A stretch of DNA of 38,373 bases from a virus (lineage: Duplodnaviria > Caudoviricetes), in the IMG/VR virus record IMGVR_UViG_3300025647_000098, positions 1-38,373 of that record, one strand, 5' to 3'. The notes under the pieces were generated by a model that saw only the letters and a program-made list of their open reading frames with translations, was not told the DNA's origin and made no database searches. Positions 8,835 to 17,125 of the stretch are shown here, one piece after another (positions within the stretch are counted from its first letter, which is position 1; every line of letters starts with the position of its first letter). A program made the position numbers and the translations under genes.

Positions 8835-8862
8835 GGCTATGCCAGCGATGATATGAATAACT

Positions 8863-9129
8863 TTAATCTACATTCGTTAGATCAATCATCTTCTTGATCT
8901 GCTTATCCAGTATATCTTTTCTGTTAGGCCATTTGATCATAGGCTTATCTGGATCTTTAGCTAAATGTTGGAGCAAAGGCAAATATGTTTTCCTAATAGT
9001 TCTCAGCTTTTCTTTTAGAACTTCTACTTCATCAGTTACGCCAGATGAAGTTACTATTTCTTCTTCATCATGAAATGTAAAGCCAAAATCGTTAGATTCA
9101 TCTAACTCTGTTACAGTTTCTTTTGCCAT
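8863..9129 (-). CDS. Hypothetical protein (conserved T4-like type, DFGF...IKWPNR)
   Basis: 88-aa ORF, coupled to the upstream gene. Confidence 0.7.
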   Translation of the reverse strand: MAKETVTELDESNDFGFTFHDEEEIVTSSGVTDEVEVLKEKLRTIRKTYLPLLQHLAKDPDKPMIKWPNRKDILDKQIKKMIDLTNVD

Positions 9130-9578
9130 TAGTGTAGTTTTCCTTTACCATTCTTGGTCTTGTTGATTAGATTGTTTAGCATCTCAACACCATCTTCGTT
9201 ATCTAACATACCAAACTCATCATCTTCTTCATCTGATATCTTGGTAGGATCATGCTTACTGAAAGTAATCAGTGATTCTTCATAGTGTTCTTTCAGTTGC
9301 TGGTCAGCGTCAGTCATTACAAGAACATTATGTAAGTCCATATCAAATGTCTGATTCTTTGATATTCTGGTAAATATCCACTGCATGAGTGATATGGACA
9401 GAAATCCAGTTTGCAAAGATGGAGTATAAACAACCTTCAATGGATTGTTCATCATCAGCTTGCCATTAGCAACATCAGTGACTTCAGTAACAATGTCTTC
9501 ACCTGTTACCAGTCTAATGAATCTGATATCACTTGAGTTCGATTTTGTAGATTTTGAACTTGAACTTTTCCTCGCCAT
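9129..9578 (-). CDS. Hypothetical protein downstream of uvsW (possible Sm-like fold)
   Basis: IRLVTGEDIV...NPL...W motif and C-terminal 'KLH'. Start at 9578 is preceded by AAGGA and overlaps uvsW by 50 nt. Confidence 0.7.
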   Translation of the reverse strand: MARKSSSSKSTKSNSSDIRFIRLVTGEDIVTEVTDVANGKLMMNNPLKVVYTPSLQTGFLSISLMQWIFTRISKNQTFDMDLHNVLVMTDADQQLKEHYEESLITFSKHDPTKISDEEDDEFGMLDNEDGVEMLNNLINKTKNGKGKLH

Positions 9579-11016
9579 ATATTTTGATCCTTTCAGCAAA
9601 ATGCTTCAATGTGTAGTTCTCACGCTTGTTGTATCTCATATCATCGGCGATATCAAACAAAGTTGCTGAATCTTTTGTTTCACTCTTACGCAATCCACGA
9701 CCAATGGATTGCAAGTTTCTTATCCTAGACTTAGATGGGCTAGCAAATATAATGTTATGCAAATTTCTAATATTGATGCCAGTGCTAAAAGTGCCAAAAC
9801 TAGCAACAATAATAGCCTGCGTTTCCTGTTCAACGATCTTACGAATCTCTTCACGAATATCCACATCTGTTTCACCACTTACGAAAAATATCTTTCTGTC
9901 AGTTCCCAGTCGCTCAGAAATAAGCTTGTGGAGTATCCGTCCATGCTTGTCAACGTACTGGTAGAGGACGAGGGTATTACCGTCCAAGGATACAGCGAGG
10001 TTAGATATGAATTTGTTCCTTGCCTCATTGAGTACAAGGTATTCAATTTCCTGCTGATAGCTAAACTGCTTCGCAGCTTGACAAATAGATTCACTATGTC
10101 GAAGAAGTAAGCACTTGATTTGAAACTCAGCCAAGTGCTTTGCATCCATGAGTTCTTTGGTGGTGATAACTTTACGAACTGATCCAAAAAGTCCTTCAAG
10201 TACAAGTTTATGAGTTTTTGTTCCATCAAGGGTACCAGTGGTCCCAATTCTGTATCGCGCATTAGATAACCCCGTCATAATATCTATAAGAGATTTGGCC
10301 TTGAACAGATGTGCTTCATCACCGATCACAAAATCATAGTCAGCAAAGTACTTCTTCGGCAGTTGATAGATAGACTGCCAAGTTGAAATCGTCAGAAACT
10401 TATCGCTATACTTTTCCTGACCTTGATATATCTTATGTACTTTGTCGCTAACATTCCATCCATTCGTTTCACTATAATCTTTGAAATCGCTTGTCAACTG
10501 CTCTACAAGAGAGACAGTCGGTACAATTATCAGACCTCGTTTCAGTCCTCTATTTTCCAGAAAACGAGTAAGAAGATAAATAATAAGAGACTTACCACTT
10601 GCAGTGGGGCTAAGTAATAAAGTTCTCCGTACACGAATTGCATGAACGAATGCATCCAGTTGGTAATCTCTTGGTGCATGTTTTGGCCTTATTAGTTCTA
10701 TAAACTCTTTTGCTTCAGTTAAAGAAAACTCTTCATCATAGTCTTCGTTCTCATAATCCCAATCATAACCACGTTCTTCACAAAACTTTGCAATCTCAGG
10801 AACAAGTCCACGATATATCTGACGCTTGTTCGCATCCCATAATCTAATCTTACCATCCCACAACCTCGCACGATACTGAGGCGTGAACTGGTATCCTGGA
10901 ACCATAAAAGTAAAATGTTCCCGTAGTTCATACGACACACCATCTGTGCAATCAACATGCACGAATGCTTCATCTTTGTTTCGTATGATTATTTTACTAT
11001 TACTGTCCACCGACAA
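9529..11016 (-). CDS. uvsW: SF2 DNA helicase
   Basis: WDGKIRL, PRDYQ, SPTASGKS, GDEAH, LQSIGRGLR. Confidence 0.95.
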   Translation of the reverse strand: MSVDSNSKIIIRNKDEAFVHVDCTDGVSYELREHFTFMVPGYQFTPQYRARLWDGKIRLWDANKRQIYRGLVPEIAKFCEERGYDWDYENEDYDEEFSLTEAKEFIELIRPKHAPRDYQLDAFVHAIRVRRTLLLSPTASGKSLIIYLLTRFLENRGLKRGLIIVPTVSLVEQLTSDFKDYSETNGWNVSDKVHKIYQGQEKYSDKFLTISTWQSIYQLPKKYFADYDFVIGDEAHLFKAKSLIDIMTGLSNARYRIGTTGTLDGTKTHKLVLEGLFGSVRKVITTKELMDAKHLAEFQIKCLLLRHSESICQAAKQFSYQQEIEYLVLNEARNKFISNLAVSLDGNTLVLYQYVDKHGRILHKLISERLGTDRKIFFVSGETDVDIREEIRKIVEQETQAIIVASFGTFSTGINIRNLHNIIFASPSKSRIRNLQSIGRGLRKSETKDSATLFDIADDMRYNKRENYTLKHFAERIKIYGEEKFKFKIYKIELK

Positions 11017-11449
11017 ATCTTTCCCATGACATGTATTCTTTCAACTGCCAAGTACGATTGTTCAACTCCTTCAATACATTCTTACAGAACTCAACAATCT
11101 CTTCATGTATCACTTTCTTTAACAGTATGTTATTTAGTTCAGTGTCCGAATCAAGATAGTGGGACAAGTCTGCGCGAAGAACCTTTTTCATCATAGGTTC
11201 AAGTCCATACTTCTCAAGGTCTTCTGGGTTGTTCAAGTCTCCACTATAATATTCCCACTTGATCTTGCGTCTGGTATTATACTCAGCATAAAGCTTCTTG
11301 ACTAACAGATTGTGATGTGTCATGATACGCAAATACTTCGCATGAAGCTTTGGTATGTTAGCCATAGCTTTCTGCGGTTCAGTTTCATCCCATGCTGAGT
11401 CTTTGACCCATTCTTCCATGAGTGCGTCAATGTTCACTGGCGGTTTCAT
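11000..11449 (-). CDS. uvsY: Recombination mediator protein
   Basis: W.KDS, IPKLHAKYL, KWEYYSG, NRTWQLK...WERF; sits next to uvsW. Confidence 0.9.
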   Translation of the reverse strand: MKPPVNIDALMEEWVKDSAWDETEPQKAMANIPKLHAKYLRIMTHHNLLVKKLYAEYNTRRKIKWEYYSGDLNNPEDLEKYGLEPMMKKVLRADLSHYLDSDTELNNILLKKVIHEEIVEFCKNVLKELNNRTWQLKEYMSWERFVGGQ

Positions 11450-11477
11450 TACATCTCCATTACAAAAAATGATTGTA

Positions 11478-11506
11478 AGTATATAAGGAAATCAAGTTCC
11501 TGTCAA
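11478..11506 (-). promoter_or_regulatory. sigma70 promoter for the uvsY-uvsW operon
   Basis: TTGACA (11506-11501), 17 bp, TATACT (11483-11478). Confidence 0.85.
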
Positions 11507-12025
11507 CTACAATCTTTCAATATCAAATATATCATATCTGAAGGTAACATCTGCGGTAGGTGTAGTATCTGCGGAGTTCATTGTGCTGAATTGTATTCCT
11601 CCAAGAGAAACAGGAAACACATTTCTGAACTTTATTCTGATGTTTGATATGTTAGCGTTGGTATTTATAGTCAACAAACCATCTTGATATGGAGAAGCAT
11701 CTGCATTTATGCTTTTGATGTATTGAGAGTAGCTTTCTGGTCTTGTTAGAGAAACAATCCATTTGAATGTTTCTTCCCATACTTTCAAATCTTCGTCTAC
11801 CAAAAATGTGATAGTGAAAGCTTCAAAAGACATTTTTGTTGGATGTCTATATGCACTTGCAAAAGGATTAGGTACTTCAATCTCGTTTGATGTTACACCT
11901 GGAAGATTGACATTTTGACAGAAGTATCTTGCAAAAGGTAAATTAGGAATAACAAAAGTATACTTCGTTGTTTGAAGAAAGTTTGTGTTCTCTGGATTTA
12001 TGTTTAGAAAAGATCGTTGTGTCAT
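11507..12025 (-). CDS. gp3: Tail completion / tube terminator protein
   Basis: NFLQ...YFCQ.VNLPG...FLVDEDL..W motif (gp19-like fold); position after gp23. Confidence 0.85.
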   Translation of the reverse strand: MTQRSFLNINPENTNFLQTTKYTFVIPNLPFARYFCQNVNLPGVTSNEIEVPNPFASAYRHPTKMSFEAFTITFLVDEDLKVWEETFKWIVSLTRPESYSQYIKSINADASPYQDGLLTINTNANISNIRIKFRNVFPVSLGGIQFSTMNSADTTPTADVTFRYDIFDIERL

Positions 12026-12043
12026 TTGATACTCCTATATGAG

Positions 12044-12051
12044 TATTTATG
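12044..12051 (-). promoter_or_regulatory. T4-type late promoter variant CATAAATA
   Basis: Upstream of the gp3 RBS (AGGAG). Confidence 0.7.
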
Positions 12052-12089
12052 CTTTGGTGGCTTTGTAATAACTGTATGTATTTGGTGAC

Positions 12090-12115
12090 AAAAGAAAGGG
12101 GAGCCGAAGCTCCCC
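12090..12115 (-). terminator. Intrinsic terminator after gp23
   Basis: GGGGAGC-TTCG-GCTCCCC followed by TTTCTTTT (UUCG tetraloop). Confidence 0.9.
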
Positions 12116-12144
12116 AAACTTATATCGCAAAGTGCAACAATTTG

Positions 12145-13467
12145 TTACATGAGGTTGCGGACACGGAAGATGCGGTAATACTGATTTGTACGATCAGCAA
12201 TAACACCAAGACCAGGTGAAGATGCATCATCGCCACGCGCAAATGGATTTGCAACCATGCCGTAACGAGTCTTGAAGCCAATCTTAGGCTGGAATGTATC
12301 CTGACCGATAGCACGGACCATCTGTAGAGGTACGTATGGGCAGTAGAATAGACCAGCATCATATGGTGATGTACCCTTATAACCAACGGTTACAAGTTCG
12401 TCGCCAGCAGATGAACCACCGAAGTATGGATCAATGTAAACCTTTACACGACCGTGCATTGTACCAGCAAAAGTGTTGCCAGTATCGTCTACTTCAAGAT
12501 TAACCTGAAGAGCAGGTGTGTAATCAAGAACACCAGCCATCGCAAGAGCGGATGCAACATCTGATGAAACGATCAGAATGTTACCCTTACCACGACGAGT
12601 TGCCTTCGCAATTGCATTGCACTCACGCTCAATCTGGAATACAAGACCCTTGAACTTTTCAACTGACCAACGGCCGTTTGAGTCTGTGTCAAGATCGAAT
12701 GTACCAGCTGTGGTTGTTCCGTATGTAGCTCCACGAACAGCAGATGTGTAGATTGTACGAATTACTTCACGATTGATTTCTGCTAGGATTTCTGTAGACA
12801 GAATGTTAGCAAGTTCTGTCTCAGCGTCTAGACCGTGAACAGCCTTAAGATCCTGAGCGAGTTCCATTGTGTATTCTGCCTTTAGCGCACGGCTACGAGC
12901 AGTTACAGTTACCTTCTCAATGCTGAATGCCATTTCAGCGAATGCGTTACCAGCGGTACCATCGCCTAGTGCTTCAGCTTGAGCAGTTGTCATACCGTTA
13001 GCAGTTGTATAAAGACTTGAGTTTAGTGTGTTTGCTACAGGATTTGTGTTAGCATGAGCGCCACCACCAACAAGACCACCAGCTGCGTTCTGAGAAGAAA
13101 ATGCAGTGTTAGCTTCGTTGAAGAATGCTTCTGTGCCAGTCTGTGAACCATAGCGTGAACGCATAGCAAAGATAAGTCCTGTTGGACCAGTCATAGGCTG
13201 TACACCTGCAACATCATAAGCAATCAACTTTGGAAGCGCACGACGAACCAATGAAATAAGAATTGGATCGTAGTTTGAAATTGCATTACCTGTTGCGTTT
13301 GTTGGTGCAGCTTCGTTAAGCATACGAGATTCTTCTGCCATAGCGCGTTCTTGATTTTCAAGAACGATAGCTGTAACAGCGCGCTTGTATGCATTACCAA
13401 TCTTGCCTGCACCTTCGTGGTCCAATACTGGAGACCACTTCTGTTCTAATTGTTCTGTAAGATACAT
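12145..13467 (-). CDS. gp23: Major capsid protein
   Basis: KWSPVLDH, GVQPMTGPTGLIFAMR, RALKAEYT.ELAQDLKAVHGLDAE, FQPKIGFKTRYG. Confidence 0.98.
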   Translation of the reverse strand: MYLTEQLEQKWSPVLDHEGAGKIGNAYKRAVTAIVLENQERAMAEESRMLNEAAPTNATGNAISNYDPILISLVRRALPKLIAYDVAGVQPMTGPTGLIFAMRSRYGSQTGTEAFFNEANTAFSSQNAAGGLVGGGAHANTNPVANTLNSSLYTTANGMTTAQAEALGDGTAGNAFAEMAFSIEKVTVTARSRALKAEYTMELAQDLKAVHGLDAETELANILSTEILAEINREVIRTIYTSAVRGATYGTTTAGTFDLDTDSNGRWSVEKFKGLVFQIERECNAIAKATRRGKGNILIVSSDVASALAMAGVLDYTPALQVNLEVDDTGNTFAGTMHGRVKVYIDPYFGGSSAGDELVTVGYKGTSPYDAGLFYCPYVPLQMVRAIGQDTFQPKIGFKTRYGMVANPFARGDDASSPGLGVIADRTNQYYRIFRVRNLM

Positions 13468-13497
13468 TTAAATTCTCCTTTTGAGATATCTTATTTT

Positions 13498-13505
13498 TAT
13501 TTATA
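13498..13505 (-). promoter_or_regulatory. Late promoter TATAAATA (gp23)
   Basis: Exact T4 late consensus upstream of the AGGAG RBS. Confidence 0.85.
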
Positions 13506-13513
13506 AAATTCCA

Positions 13514-14842
13514 TTAATTTGGAAGAGTTTTACCAAGTGCGCGAACATACTTGTTCATTGGATTATTTTCTTCTGAAATCATTGTTTGACCTTCAGTACC
13601 CGGTACAATGCTATCAAGTTCTGTCTGAGACTTGATGTTTGATGGGAAATAATTTTCGCGCAAAGTCTGAATTTTTGTTGCGAATGACTCTTCGTCAACA
13701 AACTCAACACCTTCAGAAAGGGACTTAAGCTTTTCAGCTTGAGTCACTGTCAAACCATCTGTCATATCATTGATAATTTCGTTTCTAACACTTTCAGAAA
13801 GAATGTTTGTCAATTCAACATTACGCTCAATTTCTTCATTTAGTTTTTCTTCTAGTTTTTCAACCTTAGAACCTAATTCTTCAACAACTGAAATCTGATC
13901 TTCAGGAATGTCAATGTAGTGTTCTGCAAATAGCTGGCGAAGACCAGAAATAAAATCTTCTGTTAGTTCTGTGCGGAGACCTGCTTCAATAGCAACTTCG
14001 TTTTCAGATACCCAGTTTTCTACAACATAGTTTAGGTAATCGTCAACATTGTTGGACAGTTCTTCCTTAATTGTTTCTACCTCTTCTTCTAGAGTAGCAG
14101 CATATGCTTCTTCCAGACGAGCAATCTCAGACTGCATCTTTGCTACAACAGCAGCTTCAAAGATTGTCTTTGCTTTTTCCATGAACTCTTCTGAAAGGTC
14201 TTCGCCTGCAAATAGAGCCTGAACATCTTCATTCATGTCTACTTCATAGTCGTAGTAAGGAACTTCTTCTGTTTCCTCTGCAACAAACTCAAAGTTTTCC
14301 TCAATTGCTTCTGCAATTTCATCTTCAGACATACCTTCTTCAAGGCACTGATCAATGAAAGCTTCTAGTTCTTCTGAGATTTCAATGTCTTCTTCTAGGT
14401 CTTCTTCTTCTCTCATAGGCATAGGTCTACGAACTGCGCCGCTTTGAGTTGAGTTTGCCATTTTGTTTCTTATAGGTAGATTGGATGAAGATGTTGAAAC
14501 GTCTTCTACACCTTCTTCAATATCTTCTTCTTCGGCCATCATCTTTTCTGGTGGCTGTGCAGGAACTGCACCCTTGCGAGATGGAGAAGCTTGTGATGTG
14601 TCCTGCTTCATTGTAGCAGCTTTAGCGCCAACATTGTTGCCTTCACCTGGCTTCTTTGGTGCATCACCTACCAATGTAGCTTGATTGCTCATTGGAGATG
14701 GTTCAGCACCACCCTTTGAGCCACCACCTGGCTTCAATGTTGCCATATTAGGATTTGAAGACTTAGCGCCGCGATCTGGTTCTGAGTCGTTTGACTCATT
14801 CATCAAAATCGCTTTCGCCACTTCTGTTAATGACTTACCCAT
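13514..14842 (-). CDS. gp22: Prohead core scaffolding protein
   Basis: LSEEF..KAKTIFEAAV, VDDYLNYVVE.W, LF.EHYIDIPE. Start set at MGKSLTE (14842) after AAGGAG. Confidence 0.92.
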   Translation of the reverse strand: MGKSLTEVAKAILMNESNDSEPDRGAKSSNPNMATLKPGGGSKGGAEPSPMSNQATLVGDAPKKPGEGNNVGAKAATMKQDTSQASPSRKGAVPAQPPEKMMAEEEDIEEGVEDVSTSSSNLPIRNKMANSTQSGAVRRPMPMREEEDLEEDIEISEELEAFIDQCLEEGMSEDEIAEAIEENFEFVAEETEEVPYYDYEVDMNEDVQALFAGEDLSEEFMEKAKTIFEAAVVAKMQSEIARLEEAYAATLEEEVETIKEELSNNVDDYLNYVVENWVSENEVAIEAGLRTELTEDFISGLRQLFAEHYIDIPEDQISVVEELGSKVEKLEEKLNEEIERNVELTNILSESVRNEIINDMTDGLTVTQAEKLKSLSEGVEFVDEESFATKIQTLRENYFPSNIKSQTELDSIVPGTEGQTMISEENNPMNKYVRALGKTLPN

Positions 14843-14868
14843 ATGAAAATACTCCTTGTTTCTATTGT

Positions 14869-14876
14869 TATTTATA
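14869..14876 (-). promoter_or_regulatory. Late promoter TATAAATA (gp22)
   Basis: Exact consensus between the gp21 stop and the gp22 RBS. Confidence 0.85.
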
Positions 14877-14879
14877 ATT

Positions 14880-15530
14880 TTACAATTTTGAAATGAAATG
14901 TTCAAAAAGACGAAGACTTACTGCTTCAATCTCATTTTTAGATGCTTCTCTGATCATTTTCTTAGCACGATCAACATGAACTTGTTGCCAACCATGCTCA
15001 GTTAAAATCCATTCTGCATTTTCCATTATACCTTGCACAAAAGCATTAGGTGCTGAAGGATCAGCTACAACATCTGCTGCTGTAGCTAGTCTAAAATCAT
15101 CTTGCACCAACTGATAACCGTTGGAAGGTTTAAGAGACCCTACGCCTCTTGTTGAAACACCTAAACTAGCACCACCATCTAGTAAACTTTTCACAATATT
15201 TCCGTTAGGAGTATCTAAAATTTTTGCTTTACCTATAAAGTTATTACCATCTGGATAAAGCTTTGTAATCATGTGAGACACACGATCCAAATTGATTGTC
15301 GGAGAATCAGGATGCCCTAATTCACCAAATGCACGATTTTTTGTGACATACTCACTATTGTATCTGTCAACTTCTTTGTTAAGAACACCAAAAGGATACA
15401 CACGACCGTTCTTGTTCTTCTGTTCAGCCTGCATAAAGATGCCTTCAATGAACATCTCTTTCTTACCAGTCTTCTCATTCATCTCTGTAAGAAAACGGAT
15501 TTCGTTTACTTCTTCTTTTATAAGCTTCAT
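14880..15530 (-). CDS. gp21: Prohead protease
   Basis: IEGIFMQAE.KN.NGRVYP, GELGHP, GVSTRG.GSL, D.VADPSAP.A. Confidence 0.97.
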   Translation of the reverse strand: MKLIKEEVNEIRFLTEMNEKTGKKEMFIEGIFMQAEQKNKNGRVYPFGVLNKEVDRYNSEYVTKNRAFGELGHPDSPTINLDRVSHMITKLYPDGNNFIGKAKILDTPNGNIVKSLLDGGASLGVSTRGVGSLKPSNGYQLVQDDFRLATAADVVADPSAPNAFVQGIMENAEWILTEHGWQQVHVDRAKKMIREASKNEIEAVSLRLFEHFISKL

Positions 15531-16636
15531 AGACCTAAAGCCTTTCTTCTTCTGATTGATCTTTGGCGCTTCATAAGAGTTCTTGTCATTTTTGTTCTAC
15601 GCTTGATTTTTGCTCTTCTTGCACCCATTTTTCTTCTGCGTCTTTCTGCTGGTGACATACGCTGTAAGGTTGAACCTTGCATTCTGTAACCTGGAACATT
15701 GGATATTTTTTTGCGGCGTTGTATTTTACCACCACGAATTCTTGCTTTGACTATTTTAAATCTTGCTTCGTCTAACTGCTCTTCTTCGTTGACTTTATTG
15801 ACAGTAGTTGTTCTTTGCTGAACATTTGTTTTTATAGGAGAAGCTGGAATAGGTCTATCGACTTTACCTGCTCTGTTTACCTGTGAAGAACCTTGAGTTG
15901 TTGGACCACGTAGAGGCATCTGTTCTGCTCTTGGAGGCACATACGGCTTATTTGTTCTTGCGTCAGTATATCCGCCAGCACGAGGCGCTGGAGTTTTTAG
16001 TTGTGTATTTATTTGTTGTGTTTTATTTGCACTCATTCTTTCAGAAGGAGTCATATCGTCTCTGGCCAGAGATGATGCAATGCTTGAAGCAACAGGTTTT
16101 CCTGTTATAACTCTATTTATCCATGTTGTTTGTGCTTGCTTGTAAGCAGGACTACTTGACTTAGTGCTACGATTTACCATTTGCTCACTTACAAGTTTCC
16201 ACTCTTTGCCAGGATGTTTGACTGATCTTATTCTTTTTCTTGATTCTGAATGTTCATATTCCTGTGACTCATTATCTTTCTTCTTTACAGGTCCTAGATC
16301 ATCACTCTCTTTCATATTCTTGTAATGTGTGCTACCTGGCTGTGATTTAGGAACCACTGTAACATTTTTTGATTGTGCTGGTCCTTTTTCAGCAGACATG
16401 CTACTATCTTTTGGATCAACAGCTTCTTCTACTTCCTCTTCTTCAACTACACCAAGTCTTACAAGATTTGATGCTGTTCTATTCATTGAATGACTTTGTT
16501 CAGCAGTCATCTTTGCAGCAGACATCTTCTTTGCTTCTTCCAACTTGACAATGGAAATATGTGAAAGTTGTTCTTCTAGAAGATCATTAGCTTCTGTATA
16601 GTTTTTGTTGATTATGGAATTAACTAAATCTCTCAT
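15527..16636 (-). CDS. Prohead core protein: gp67-like N-terminal helix, inserted low-complexity segments and gp68-like basic C-terminus
   Basis: C-terminus R/K-rich (MSPAERRRRK...RRRKALGL); lies immediately upstream of gp21. Confidence 0.65.
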   Translation of the reverse strand: MRDLVNSIINKNYTEANDLLEEQLSHISIVKLEEAKKMSAAKMTAEQSHSMNRTASNLVRLGVVEEEEVEEAVDPKDSSMSAEKGPAQSKNVTVVPKSQPGSTHYKNMKESDDLGPVKKKDNESQEYEHSESRKRIRSVKHPGKEWKLVSEQMVNRSTKSSSPAYKQAQTTWINRVITGKPVASSIASSLARDDMTPSERMSANKTQQINTQLKTPAPRAGGYTDARTNKPYVPPRAEQMPLRGPTTQGSSQVNRAGKVDRPIPASPIKTNVQQRTTTVNKVNEEEQLDEARFKIVKARIRGGKIQRRKKISNVPGYRMQGSTLQRMSPAERRRRKMGARRAKIKRRTKMTRTLMKRQRSIRRRKALGL

Positions 16637-17124
16637 GATTGTATCCTGTTGAATGCATATGGATCTGCTGTCTGCCCTGCATCATAATCTAAGCTTTCTT
16701 TTCTAATATCTAAAAATATCGTTGTGGTATCACCAAAAACAAGATTTGCTGTGCTGATTAAAATATCACCTGTAGCATTTGCTTCTGGATTAGGAATGAT
16801 TGCGCCGTCGTTTTCAAATGTAAAGTCTACTGAACCAGAACCAAATGTAATGATTTCAGAGTTTGCATCGCCTTCCCACTTCAATCTAAAAGAACCACCT
16901 GTTCTGGAATATGCTTTGATCTTTCTTACAGTTGATCTATAGCTTGACTTTGGATGAGTGTTAGACTGCATAATATAACCGTTCGCATTTAGTGCAAATT
17001 GCAATGTAGACGCATCAAGCAAACGAGTATTTGCTTCCTGAGTGCCATCAGAAAGAATTACATACTTTATCAATGCTCTTTTGTTAGAGTCTATTAGTCT
17101 TTGTTCTGTTATTAAGTTTGCCAT
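16633..17124 (-). CDS. Hypothetical virion-associated protein (beta-rich)
   Basis: 163-aa ORF within the head gene cluster. Confidence 0.6.
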   Translation of the reverse strand: MANLITEQRLIDSNKRALIKYVILSDGTQEANTRLLDASTLQFALNANGYIMQSNTHPKSSYRSTVRKIKAYSRTGGSFRLKWEGDANSEIITFGSGSVDFTFENDGAIIPNPEANATGDILISTANLVFGDTTTIFLDIRKESLDYDAGQTADPYAFNRIQS

Positions 17125-17125
17125 A

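Noticed and set aside
14843-14905. Longer upstream starts given for gp22 (and likewise 19279, 9599, 8798, 8254)
   Set aside because: RBS and/or late-promoter positions favour the downstream ATGs.
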